A stretch of 64,000 nt of DNA. Origin: Lama guanicoe (lineage: Eukaryota). The notes beneath the pieces are model-generated. The model was not told the origin of the DNA. It ran no database searches and saw only the letters and a program-made list of their open reading frames with translations. Below are positions 26,701 through 37,980 of the stretch, in pieces; positions within the stretch are counted from its first letter, which is position 1; each line of letters opens with the position of its first letter. The stretch spans positions 10,747,231 through 10,811,230 of the forward strand of contig MU054187.1 in NCBI GenBank assembly GCA_013239625.1, in the 5' to 3' direction. The translations under genes and the position numbers were made by a program.

Positions 26701-28299
26701 CCAGTGTTACCAAGTTCTACACTACTGCTTCTTGGAGTTTACCACCGTTCCTGGAGACTTTACTCAGATGGCATTGGAAGAGCTCTCCAACCTCACTTAG
26801 TGGGTAAAAGCCCCAGCTGTCAACAGCATCTCTTACAAGGAGATGGGTTCCAGCAAGCCCAGCTGCTCTGAATGTAGTTCTTGAATGAATTACACTGGCG
26901 GCTTCTCCCTGGTCTGCAGTTGGTGCTTTGACTTGAGTGTTCTCTCTGGTGTTTTGGGAAGAATAGAACTTCCTTCTGGTGTCTTGGGCTGTAGTGTCTC
27001 GCCTCTTCTAATGTACCCACTAATTTTACCCCACCAGCTTGGTTCTTCATAATGTAGAATTTCTCAAAATTTCTAGTCCACTGATGGCATTCTTTCTTAT
27101 TTTCCTGTGCTATTGTGTTTTCATTCTTTAAATAATACCTTCTCTGTTATTTGAATTGGACTTTGGGGCAATGAGGGGAGGGCTAGTCAATGTACAGGTG
27201 TGTCAGGTCATTCCACTATGTTACACAAGAAACCAACATGTATGTAACTTGTTGAATGTTACAGAACTGCATGGCTTCCAAATAGTATTTGTGGTTCAGA
27301 TTTAGTGTCGATGGAAAATGTTTTTGGTCAAATAAAACTATATAAGCATACACAGTATATTTCATAAGTGAAACAGTCTTGATAACAGCTGGCAAGATTA
27401 TTCATTGCTTCAGCAGAAACTGGATTTTATTGAAGGACTGTGAATCTTTCTAAACCACCTTGTGGTTTAACCAGCTGCAGTGAGCCTCGTCAGACTCAGT
27501 GAGGGTTTGTTGAAACTGATTGCTGTTTTGTTCATTAAGGAATTTTAGTCTTTAGCACATGATGTCTGTTTTTATCAAAACACATATAACTCTACAAAAC
27601 CTACATAAAATGTAATGTATAAACAGATTTCAGCACATACCTTCTGTGAATGGGGGGGTTAGGTGTCTGTAAATCAGAAATGTATTGTCAGCAATTACTA
27701 ATGATTGTGAATATGTTCTTTTACTTTTCATAAACCATAGAGAATATTTGATGCCAGCATGCTGCTTAATTAATTTATATAAGAATTTCTGTCTATTGTC
27801 TAATCCCACAACTTTTACATTAGCATAGATTTAGGACTAAATGCCTATCAGTTAACTTTTTTTTTTGTTCATTGACTTAGTGTTCTGCATATTAGCTATA
27901 ATTTTTCTTTGAGGATGAATATATAAATTTGAATGTTCATGTGATGTTTTACAATTTTGGATTTTAATAATAAATAGTATGGGTTTTTCTAGCTGATGAA
28001 GTATTTCTAATAAAAGAGGGGAGATTAGTACTTAACTGTTTTAGGCTTTCTAGATTTTAAAAAAATGTAAAAAATAGACATATCCTTCAACTCCGTGTCA
28101 TCAGATTATATTGCCCACCACCCCAGTTTTACTTTGACAGACCCCAAGTGGTTCCCCTGTGTTCCTCAATAATTGTAACTCTTCAGACCTCTGCGTGGTT
28201 TCCTGTATTTCTCAATAACTTTAACTCTTAATTATTGTCGTTCTCTCTAATACTACATCACTATTCATTCTTGCAATTTTCATATATATGTAGATGACC

Positions 28300-29980
28300 T
28301 TTCCATCACGTGTACCTCTTTGCTGAACTCCTCTCACCCAATGATTGTTACCTTATTTCCTGCCTTAGATACTCCTGTTGTTATCAATAACTGCATGCTT
28401 TCCATAGTCTGTTTCAAGCATCCTTCTCTCCCACCATCTTCTCCTACCTTTCTAGTTTACTGCCTCTGGTAGCCCCACCCCATCTTCTCTTTGACCCTAC
28501 CTGGACATCCGATGCATTGATCCTATTACATTTTCATTTTCTCTTACCTCCTTGATGTCCCTGTTCTGTTTTCTGTCCAGCTTAAATGCTGGGGCCAGTG
28601 GCCAGTCATCCTAACTGCCCCCTTGCGTGTACTCTCAAGTACCTTGCCCCTCTCTCAGCTCATCCTACTCAGTTAGCTAAACCACAAACCTGCCTGATAC
28701 AAAGTTTTGCCTCTTTCATGCCAATGCCGCTGCAGCTGAATGTGGCTGGGAGGAAAACACATTACCACACAAACTAGTCTTTAAATATATGACCACAAAT
28801 CTCAAGTGGCCAAGCAGTCACCGCATTCCTCACCCACTCACTCTCTTACACTCCTGGGTCACTCACTATTTTATGTCTGTTTCCCTTTTTTCAAAACTCC
28901 CGGTCCTCATCTCCCATCCTCTGGTTCTGCTGTTGGCCTTGCTTCCTACGTTACTGGAATAATCCAGATAATCTGAAGAGGAAATTCACAGACTGACAGC
29001 CACAACTGCAGAGCAGAATACCTTTCTGTTCTGTTCACTGACCATCTGCAACACACAGTGCCTAGTGTATAGTGAGTGCTCAATAAATATCTCAATAAAT
29101 GAGTAAAAGATAAAGTCATTCTAAAGGAAGCATTGAAAAATATTAATTGAAAAATTGCACTGAGCCCATGAGCCCCGTCTGTCTCATCTGTCGGGCTCCT
29201 TTTACCTTGCCCACAGGGGAGCTCTTGGTCTTCACCACTAAACGTGCCTTGTTCTTTACATTATAATGAACGGCACTGACATCAGCTCAGTCTTCAAATC
29301 CAAACGCCTGGGTGATTCGTTCTTCAGGCTGCTTTTGCCCACTCCTCCCCAGGTCAAGTCTGCTTCAGAAATGTGTGTAAGGTCAGGCTGTCGCTTTGCA
29401 TCCACACTAACACCACCACTGTAGTTTGATAGTCTCTGAAGAGTTTTGGCACATCTTTTAAAAGGACAGATCAATCTCACTTCCTCAATTAAAACCATTC
29501 GCTGGCTTTGCACTCTGTTTAAAGTAATAGTCAGTCTGTATTTCTTAACTGACAAAGCTCTCCAAGTTCCGGCATCTGCCTACCTCTTCAGCTCACGGAC
29601 TGTTGCATCCTTGCTGGCCTTTGACAGCTCTTTAGAATGTGAATGTACCAGGCCCCACAAGGCCCAGGGGTCTTTGCATTGATTCTTCTCTCTGCCTGAA
29701 ACGCGAGCTTTTTGAATGTCTGGTTCTAGTTTTACCCTCTGGTCTCAGATCATATATCATTTCTTCAGAGAGGCTTTTCTTGATCATATTATCTCACCCC
29801 CATTTCTCTTAATATATTCTCTGCTTTTTTCCCATAGAGCTTTCCAGAATCTATATTGATTTTATTTATTGATTTTTATTGTTTGTTTATTGTCTTACTC
29901 TCCCAAAGAACGTTAAGTCCCCTAAACCCTGGACCACGCCAGTCTTGTTTATTCTGAGATGAGTGCCTGCTGTAAATCCG
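28300..29980. mobile_element. L2 fragments
   Basis: C/T-rich L2 body and 3' end (cacagtgcctag...gtgctcaataaatat). Confidence 0.7.
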
Positions 29981-32879
29981 TGATACGGAAGTGGAAGAGG
30001 TATCCAGGGAACTTTTGCTGTCTGTAGAATCCAGAGCATAATATCATAAGAGATGAAACTACAGGCTGGGAACAGTTTTTAGATAGTTTTGAATGCCACG
30101 AATGGAGGTAGGTGGAGGGTTTTGTTTGCTTTTTTGGGGGGATTTTTTGCAGGTAATAATTCAGCTACACAAGGTTTTTAGTAAAGTTATTGACATAATT
30201 TATTCATTTATTCATTCCTTTTTTAGCAAATGTGCCAGGATCTGTTCTTTGATCTTGGGAAACAGAGATGTCTAAGACATGTTTCCTGACCTCAAGAACT
30301 CTTCAGAGAGCTGAACTGGTAAACACATTGTTTATACAGTGGCATGAGTGTTGTCTAGAATTGTATTCATAATATTATTCAAACACTTCCCATGCCTGAC
30401 TAACTCTGCTTGGGGCTGATTAGAGCCATTTTCTTTTTATTCCGTGTGGTTCCTATTTTGATGGTCACTTCTTTGAAGCTGTATTTAGTAGGCAAGTGAT
30501 ATCATTTGCCCACAGTTCCTTCTGCTTTTAATAAATGCCATTTCCAGCATTCACTTGGCTGTTAAAAAGGCTACAACTTTCCTCATATGCGTACCACTTT
30601 AGCCACAGTCGATAGCTCTAGGTGGGCACCTGATCAGTATGTCCTCTTTTTCTCTTCTGGGAATTTTTGTATTTAAGATTCAGAGACTCAAAGTATTACA
30701 TGATTCCCTTCCCCAAAGCAGGCACTCTAGCACATCTTAAAACATGGGAAAAAGGAAAGGATGGAGGAAAGACATAGGAACCATATGGACCAACTCCATC
30801 CTTGGTAGAAATGGCTCACAGTTTTCAACAACTGCTATTAAAACTACTGTTCAAAGTTTTAGTATATGTAGTAAACCTTGAGATCCTTTTGAAAATCTCA
30901 ACTGCTGTTCTTTTAATTAAAATATCTCTAATCAAAATTTTAAGAAGCAAATAGATTCTACTATTTTAAAAATAGACTTTATTTTATTAAAGAAAGTGCT
31001 TTATTTCTTAGAATACTGTTAGGTTTTCAGAAAACTTTAACAAAGTACGGAGAGTTCTCAGATGCATTTTTCCAGTTAGGTTTTCATTTTACTTTTAAGT
31101 CCCCTGGGAACTTATTCCACAGATATTTTAGCACATGTACAACCAGAGGATAGTCTGAGTTCTGTGAACAGAAGAGTCTCCCAGGAAAATATCAAACAGA
31201 TGTCTGTCCCCTTCTCATGTGTGCATGGAAACCTAGACGCTGCTTTGGAACCTATTTATTGCCAAAGCCAAAGCTCATAACAGAGCTTAGAGGTGTAAGG
31301 AAGCAGAAAAACAAAAACTTCCTCCATTCTACTTCTGTTTAGAAAAATGGAATGAGAGAAGAGGCATGGGCTTTAGTGCGGGTGGAAACCAAGTGGGATT
31401 CTATCAGCTGGGAATGGTGACATCAATGTAGAATAAGGCTGTTTCAGAAAATAAGGTATTTTGGAGACAAATGATTTTTCAAGTGGGTAGTCTCTTATTT
31501 ATTTGTAGACATTGCAATGCCCATTAGCTGCCTGTTTATGAAAAATAGCTGGGTGGTGACGGAGAGGGTGAGTGGAAGGTTGTGATCTCATGCAAATTTT
31601 TAATAAGACCTAATTAAAAATAGAAAATGGAAACATATGCATATTCAGAATGAATCAATTCAGTCATCAAGTCTTAATGCCAATTTTGAAATAACATATT
31701 CTACAGATGGTAAGGTGCCATGTGCAATTAATATTTAACATAATTATGGGTACTGAATAAAAATATATCTGATTGACACCACCTCCCTTATTACTAGAGT
31801 GTAATATCCTGCATGTTTATTGATTTAACAAAAAGACTATATAGTGGGAAATTGCTGTGACTTTGGAAATGGTTTTAATTTTGTTTCCTGATAACTTTCT
31901 ACTGAGATTGGTACTTACCCGTCAGGAAGTGAAGAAGGAACTTACTCCCAAGGAAGTTATTAAGTGAGTAAGTCCGTAATTTTGACGCAGAATGCCATGC
32001 TACCTGTATGCTGTCGGACGTAGAGCAAGGATTCTAAATCTGGATTTAATGAAACCTTAGAGGGTCAGTCCATGTATGGGTCAACACCCAGGAATATTAT
32101 GTAAAATCTCATTTTTGTGTGCATGCATGTGCTTTTTGATTTTTTAACCAAGGGACTGCATTGCTTTCGTCAGGTGAAATGAATCTATTATTAAAATAAT
32201 GTCTACTATTGCATGTATACTCATTCCCTTAACTATTCGTTTTTTATTGAATAATAAATGACTATGAAGAGCTACCAACTCACTGATGGTTTTGCTTTTA
32301 TCTAGTGGGCATTAAAATTAAAATGTATTTTGAGGCAGTCATCACTTCTATTTAGTTAGCATTCATCCTCCAGCTTATTAATTAGGGCAATTTTCTATAT
32401 AGTACAAGGTTATAATAGCCCTAACTTCGAATAGTCTTTACATGATGTACAATACAAATTTGGACTTAGTAATTACTTAGTGATTTATATTCTCTACATT
32501 GTTTTTCAAAATTCTTAAAGAGTGTTATCTTCATACATATTTATATTTTAAAAATAAATATATTTGAATTGGTACCAGTAACAAAATGATAATTAACCAA
32601 AAAGGAAACGTCAGTGCAGGGAGCTGTCTCAATATATAGTATATTCATGAAATTTAAAAGCAGTTTATAATAAACTATATTAAGAGAACATTTATTAGTT
32701 TTATAATCTGAAAAAATAAAGCCAATAAAAAGATGCAATGTGCATATTCCATCAAAAACAGATGCTATAAAAGATATGATAAAAATGGTAATAGTAGTGG
32801 TAATAATAAACATAAATATATAAAAATGATATTATATAAATATATAAAAGTAAATAGACTTGAAAATATTAGCTAATAC

Positions 32880-33385
32880 CACTTTTGGGAAGATCATTAA
32901 AGGGAGTTTGGTCAGGGAAACAGAAGCCTTCCGTATGTGGGTTATATAAGGTTTAATACAAACAAGTTTACTTGATGGAGGGTTAGGAAGTTGGGGCACA
33001 GAGACCAGGGAAATGCTGCTGAAGGTTGGGGAAGCTGTCATCAAAGGTGGGAGGAGCCCACCCTGAAAATATCCACCTGGATATCAAAAGCAAGTGGTTC
33101 TCAATTCCCTGCCTGGAAGCTACTGTAGTTCCCCAGGACTGCCACAGCGCTCCCACAGCTATGTCTGCAGTGGAAGTTTTCACAAATTTGCTGGGAAGCT
33201 GGTGTCAATCTCTCGTCTGCCTGCAGTCAACTCCAGAGAACAATTTCTCCTGCTTCTCTTACTTTCTAAGTCTTCTACGAATTCCCCATATTGGGAAACT
33301 AACCCAAATCATATAAAGAACATTCTGGGAAATAATTCCCCAGCTTTAGAAGGAAATGTTAGGCAACCCATCACAATAGGCCACA
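32880..33385 (-). mobile_element. Old ERVL-class LTR (family uncertain)
   Basis: ggtcagggaaacagaagcc at the start and aactaacc...attctgggaaataattccccagctt at the end. Confidence 0.5.
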
Positions 33386-33679
33386 CGTAACTCAAGCACT
33401 CTTTATGAATGCTTTGTGATCATTATCCTACTTAATCCTCCTGGCAACTCTGTCACGTAGGTATTAGTATCATTTACGTTTAGTAGGTAGGAGTATTGAC
33501 CATTCCTTCGCCTAACATTTCCACAAGTGTTTTTGTTTCAGGGCAGAAGTGCTATTACTACTTCCATTGTTTCAATTTATATGCGCCAATAGCCAAAATC
33601 TCCCAGGGATCCTTGGCTGGAAAACCACTGAAGGAGCAAATGAGGAGAGGGCTCCACACTACAGGCCTGATTCCTGGTT

Positions 33680-34700
33680 GAAAAGCGGGGCAGGCAAGGC
33701 TATTAGCAGAAGCTGCCCAGGTGGGTACCCTCCAAACCTTCTCGCCGAAGTTCAGGGCAGCCACTGAACCTAAGGCCTGAGCGCCGGGGCAGGATTTAGC
33801 CACTGAGCTGTCAAGGCGGGTACCGGTTCCCGGTCCTCCGAGGTGGAGACCATCTCTGCTCTGTGGTTTCAGCATCCCCACTGGGTCTGAGGCTTAAGTC
33901 TCTGGGACGGTGGGCAAGGCAAGAGGAGCGGCGTTTCTGGCAACAGCTGAGTCTCTGTGGATACTGAGATACCCCTGCACACTGCAGCCAGCTCCGGGGA
34001 CCCTGGGGGCGGTATCCAGGGCGTGGCAGGGCTCCCAGGCTCTCGGGACGACGGCGTTTCCAGAGTCTCGTCGGTCCGTGTGTCTTCCTCGGGACTGGTG
34101 CGGGGGCGACTGCATCCCGGGGCAGGAAGAGGGTACCACCCAGGAACTCCCGTGCCCAGGCGCCTGGGCATCCCTAGGGCTCGGGGCAGGAGGGCGAGGT
34201 TCTCCGGACGCGCAGGCGCTGGGGGCTCGGGGCTCAGCCCCAGGCCGCGAGTCGGAGTCTGCGCTTGAGTGGGAGTCTGCGCGCGCGTCTGCGCCTGCGC
34301 GGGGCCGCCGTCGGGCGGAGCGGGCCGCCGGGACGGAGCCCGCTGCTGCTTCGCCGCTGGCGTCCGCCTTTCAGGCTGGTCGTCCGGGCCCAGCGCGGCG
34401 ACGGGTGCCCCTGGTAGCTGACGGGCGGGCGCAGCGTCGCTCTGGCACCTGGGAATTTCACGTCCTACACGGAGGGTAAGAATGGTAAATGAGCCCACCC
34501 CGCCCGGGAAGCACAGAACTTTCCCTACTCGTGTTGGGCCTCCGTCCCTGGTACTGGTTTGCTGTTTTAGAATTTTCTTTATCTCTTGGTGAACGGTCCC
34601 TGTGCAACTTGCTGCAGTAGTGTTTCTCTCTCCCACCTCACGTCCCAGCTGCACGGTCCTTTCCCATCCCCTTGGTCTGTGGGCCGCTCAGTTGTAGCTC
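33680..34700. promoter_or_regulatory. CpG island, candidate internal promoter of C8orf34
   Basis: Abrupt GC- and CpG-rich segment in an AT-rich background. Contains GC boxes, GCGCCTGCGC motifs at 34210-34219 (-) and 34291-34300 (+), and a strong splice donor at its 3' side. Confidence 0.8.
34300..34475 (+). other. Candidate non-coding first exon (start approximate) ending at the GAGG|GTAAGA donor
   Basis: Consensus donor at 34476. No + strand ATG between about 33643 and 34481. In-frame TGA at 34419-34421 relative to the exon at 37538. Confidence 0.55.
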
Positions 34701-35071
34701 AGTATGTCTCAATCCTAGCGGAGGGAAACCAGTCTTATTGCCAGCAGGTGGCTTTTCGCGTCTGGGAAAGAGGTTTGTGTCTAGTTCAAGTCCTCAAAGC
34801 CATTAAAGTCTGAAAGCCAGTGGATACATGGATTGAGTGAGATAATTTTCTTAGAAAAAGAGGATAATTCTCTTACAAAGAGGATAATTCTTCTTACAAA
34901 TACAGTTACATGAAACTAGACTCTGGCTCAACCGAGATATCCAACATACCCTACTGCAAACATTGGCTGTTTTTTCATTTTTCTTTTAACTTAATCTCAT
35001 ATATTCATTCATGGACCATGAGAGTATCCAAAACTAGTTACTAGAGTGATACTGTTGGGAAAAAAAAAAAT

Positions 35072-35312
35072 GGGCAGGTGGTGCCCCTGGTAATGGATAC
35101 CACATCTCTAATGAGCTTCCGGGGTAGTCAATGCTTCACACATGTTGCCACAACTTGCAGGAAGAATTAACTGTGTCCTGCGTGACTGCACTGCAGGAGA
35201 GAACTCTTGAAACCTCCTGCCTGCTTTTCTCTTATCTTTGCCCCATGTGCGTTTTCTCTTTTCTGATTTTGCTTTGTATCCTTTTGCTATAATAAGTCAC
35301 GGCTATGAGTAC
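35072..35312 (+). mobile_element. MER21-like LTR 3' fragment ending in an A-tract
   Basis: taatgagcttcc...cacacatgttgccacaact...gattttgctttgtatcctttt...aataagtcacggctatgagtac, flanked on both sides by A11T. Confidence 0.75.
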
Positions 35313-36214
35313 AAAAAAAAAAATTAATAGTGATTACTTGGTCTATTATGACTGTATGGTCTGTCTTCCAAAGACAATATAGGAACACTTCAGTTTATAT
35401 TGAAAGGAAAAAAAAACCCCAGGAACTTTCCATCTAACTTGAAAGGTTAAAAGAAAAAGCGCATGAGATCTTAGGAGCTTTCAGGATAGGAATTGCTGTA
35501 GCTTTAAAGGCCTGTTACCTGACCTAATTTTGCTTTACCTGAATGCCGAGGCCTTACGTGACAGGAGTAATCTAGTTGGTCCTTCTATTTATTTTTCTTT
35601 CTATTTTCTCGTACCTTTTATAATGTACAATTAATTTAAATAGAATATAATACATTTTTTCTACAGGAGCAAAATCCAGAATGTTTTAAATTATGTTCCA
35701 CTGATGTAATTGGGTTTTAATTGAACCCCACATTGCTTTACCATGTAGAGGAATGACTTAAGTTATAACGAATAATTGAGACTTTAAATAAGAGAAGTAA
35801 AGAAGACCTGTGCCAGCGGGTGGTTTATGTACCTGTTTTTTAGAGTATAAAAGTGTCTTACATTTGACAGATATTTTGCCTCACAATGTGCTTATGGTCG
35901 ATATCCTTTGCTCTTTTTAATTCCAACTCTGTGTTCAGCCCGCACATTTTTAGATACCTTGATTTGTTTTGTCCTTGGGTTTGAGATCAGCTTGGAATCT
36001 TGTCATCTATAAAATCCATTTAACCTCTACTCAGATGAATTTATGTGTTCCTAGACTATTATAAATGTCAACAAATATCCCTGGGATATGACAGCAGTTT
36101 CTTTCATAGAAGTTCAGAAGAGTATGTTTTGCTGGGCCAAGAAATCTATGGGTGCTTTAATTGTTGTTCATTAGGACAGCAAGAATTTTCTTATGTTTAT
36201 CTGTGGTCAGTAAA

Positions 36215-36545
36215 CCAAATTCATTCATTCATTCATTCAACACCACCTGTAAACTCGGTGGAATTCAGGCCCTAAGGAAAGAGTAGAGATCAAACCAGAC
36301 CAGTCCTTGGCCTCTGTGCCGTAGTAGGGGAGGAGGAGAGACAGGCACGAACTGATGAACAAATATTAAATGAGATGATTCTAGAAAGTGCAGAATGCTG
36401 TGAAGAAGATAAAATAATGTGGTGATAAAAACTTAACGAAGATTGGTTAGGGTAAGCCTCTTTAAGAGGGTATCAGTAGAGGCTGAATGATAACAAGCCA
36501 GCCATCTGAACATCCCAGAAAAGAGCATTCAAGGCAGAGGAAATA
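36215..36545. mobile_element. L2 3' end
   Basis: (attc)n tail followed by ...aagagcattcaaggcagagg. Confidence 0.75.
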
Positions 36546-36669
36546 GGCCACCACCACCACCAACAACAAAAAAACAACAGAGTGGGGAATTTCCAGTATA
36601 TTTGGATTAGCACTGCTGATACCTGATACCCGGTATAGCACTAGAACCAGTGCCTCTCACAGAATCTGA

Positions 36670-36860
36670 ACTTAAAATGACAATTGACAGACTAGAATTC
36701 TGGGCTAAACCCAAGAAGGTGAAATGTGACAGATACGAATGTAAAATGGTGTGTGCGAGTTCACAAACCCAGGTACACAGTGCAAAACGATGTCCACGTG
36801 ACTTGGCCGCTGTTCATAAGAGAAACAGTCTTGGGATTCTAATTGACCACAATTTGGAGC
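36670..36860 (+). mobile_element. L3/CR1 fragment
   Basis: ttgacagactagaattctgggc...aaatgtgacagatacgaatgtaaa...cttgggattctaattgaccacaa. The frame IDRLEFWAKPKKVKCDRYECK resembles the CR1 RT C-terminus. Confidence 0.55.
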
Positions 36861-37329
36861 TTGCCCTTTGCTGTTCTTAATTGGTGAAAAACAATGTGTA
36901 GGTATTACTGTTAGACAGATTTCTCCCCGATTTAAGGCATCATTAGAGCTGTCCAAAAATGGAACTCTCCATGGCTTCACTCATTATAAAAAAGAAAAGA
37001 AAAGAAAAAGAACAGAAAAGAATGAATACCCATCAGGGCTTTTGGAAAAAGGAACTTTTTTGGAGACTAGTTTAAAGTACTGTTTGTTTCTGTGACTCTG
37101 TACTGGTTTCTTTCATTCCAACATTTTCTTTGGGGATATTTATTTATAGTTAATAAAGAAAAATGACATTGGTATGTAATGTGTATGGAGAGGTTTATTG
37201 AAAATTTAGTGTATGATGGCATCTCTCAAAATAGTAAACTGAAATAGAAAAGTCTTAGACTATAGTTTTCAAAAGAATTTAGAATAAATTTCTAGTATGT
37301 TTTTGGACAAATATAATAATAAAATAAAT

Positions 37330-37510
37330 ATACCTTGGCTTTGCCATGTATTAGCTGTGTAACAGACAATTTACTTCTCTGTGCTTGCTTCCTCAGAATG
37401 AGGATGATAACTTAAACTTGCCTGAAACAGTTGTTAGGATTAAATTAATAGCTGTGTATAAAGTAGTTACAGCGGTACCTAGCAATAGTGATATGTAAGT
37501 GTTTGCTATG
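37330..37510. mobile_element. MIR immediately upstream of the exon 2 acceptor
   Basis: ctttgccatgtattagctgtgt...cttcctca...gttgttaggattaaat...tagcaatagt. Confidence 0.7.
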
Positions 37511-37537
37511 TAAATGTATGCTCTACTCTGCCTTCAG

Positions 37538-37685
37538 GAATTAATGACCAAGTTAATAACTGAGACACCTGACCAGCCAATCCCTTTTCTCATTGACCAT
37601 CTTCAGTCTAAACAAGGAAACCGTGGACAGCTTCAAAGAACTTTATCTGGATCTGCAGCTCTCTGGGCTGAAAGAGAAACATTAG
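37538..37685 (+). CDS. C8orf34: C8orf34/VEST1 coding exon (equivalent to human exon 2), 148 nt, [49 protein letters not shown]
   Basis: Acceptor ccttcag|GAA and donor TTAG|gtaaat. Translation matches the recalled human C8orf34 N-terminal region (second half of an RIIa/Dpy-30-like D/D domain). Phase 0 to 1. Confidence 0.95.
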
Positions 37686-37980
37686 GTAAATGAAAAAACA
37701 TATTTTACAGTTAATGTTGATATATTTAATGTTAAATTCATAAGTCTGTTTCTTTATAGTAAGTAAATCCAGAGGTTACCTAGGGTTTCAATTCAGTCTA
37801 AACAAGGAAACCGTGGACAGCTTCAAAGAACTTTATCTGGATCTGCAGCTCTCTGGGCAGAAAGTGAAACATTAGGTAAATGAAAAAACATATTTTACAG
37901 TTAATGTTGATATATTTAATGTTAAATTCATAAGTCTGTTTCTTTATAGTAAGTAAATCCAGAGGTTACCTAGGGTTTCA
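37602..37980 (+). repeat. Tandem duplication with two 189-bp units (37602-37790 and 37792-37980) separated by one A
   Basis: Direct comparison shows the units identical except at 37669/37859 (T/A) and 37675/37865 (A/T). Confidence 0.97.

Noticed and set aside
33869..34654. Longest ORFs in the window (261 aa on -, 189 aa on +)
   Set aside because: They lie in the CpG island, where stop codons are rare. They start at non-ATG codons, have low-complexity Pro/Ala/Arg/Gly composition and show no recognisable homology.
34403..35092. 13-bp match ggtgcccctggta between the candidate first exon and the 5' end of the MER21-like insert
   Set aside because: Too short to separate from chance or from degenerate LTR sequence.
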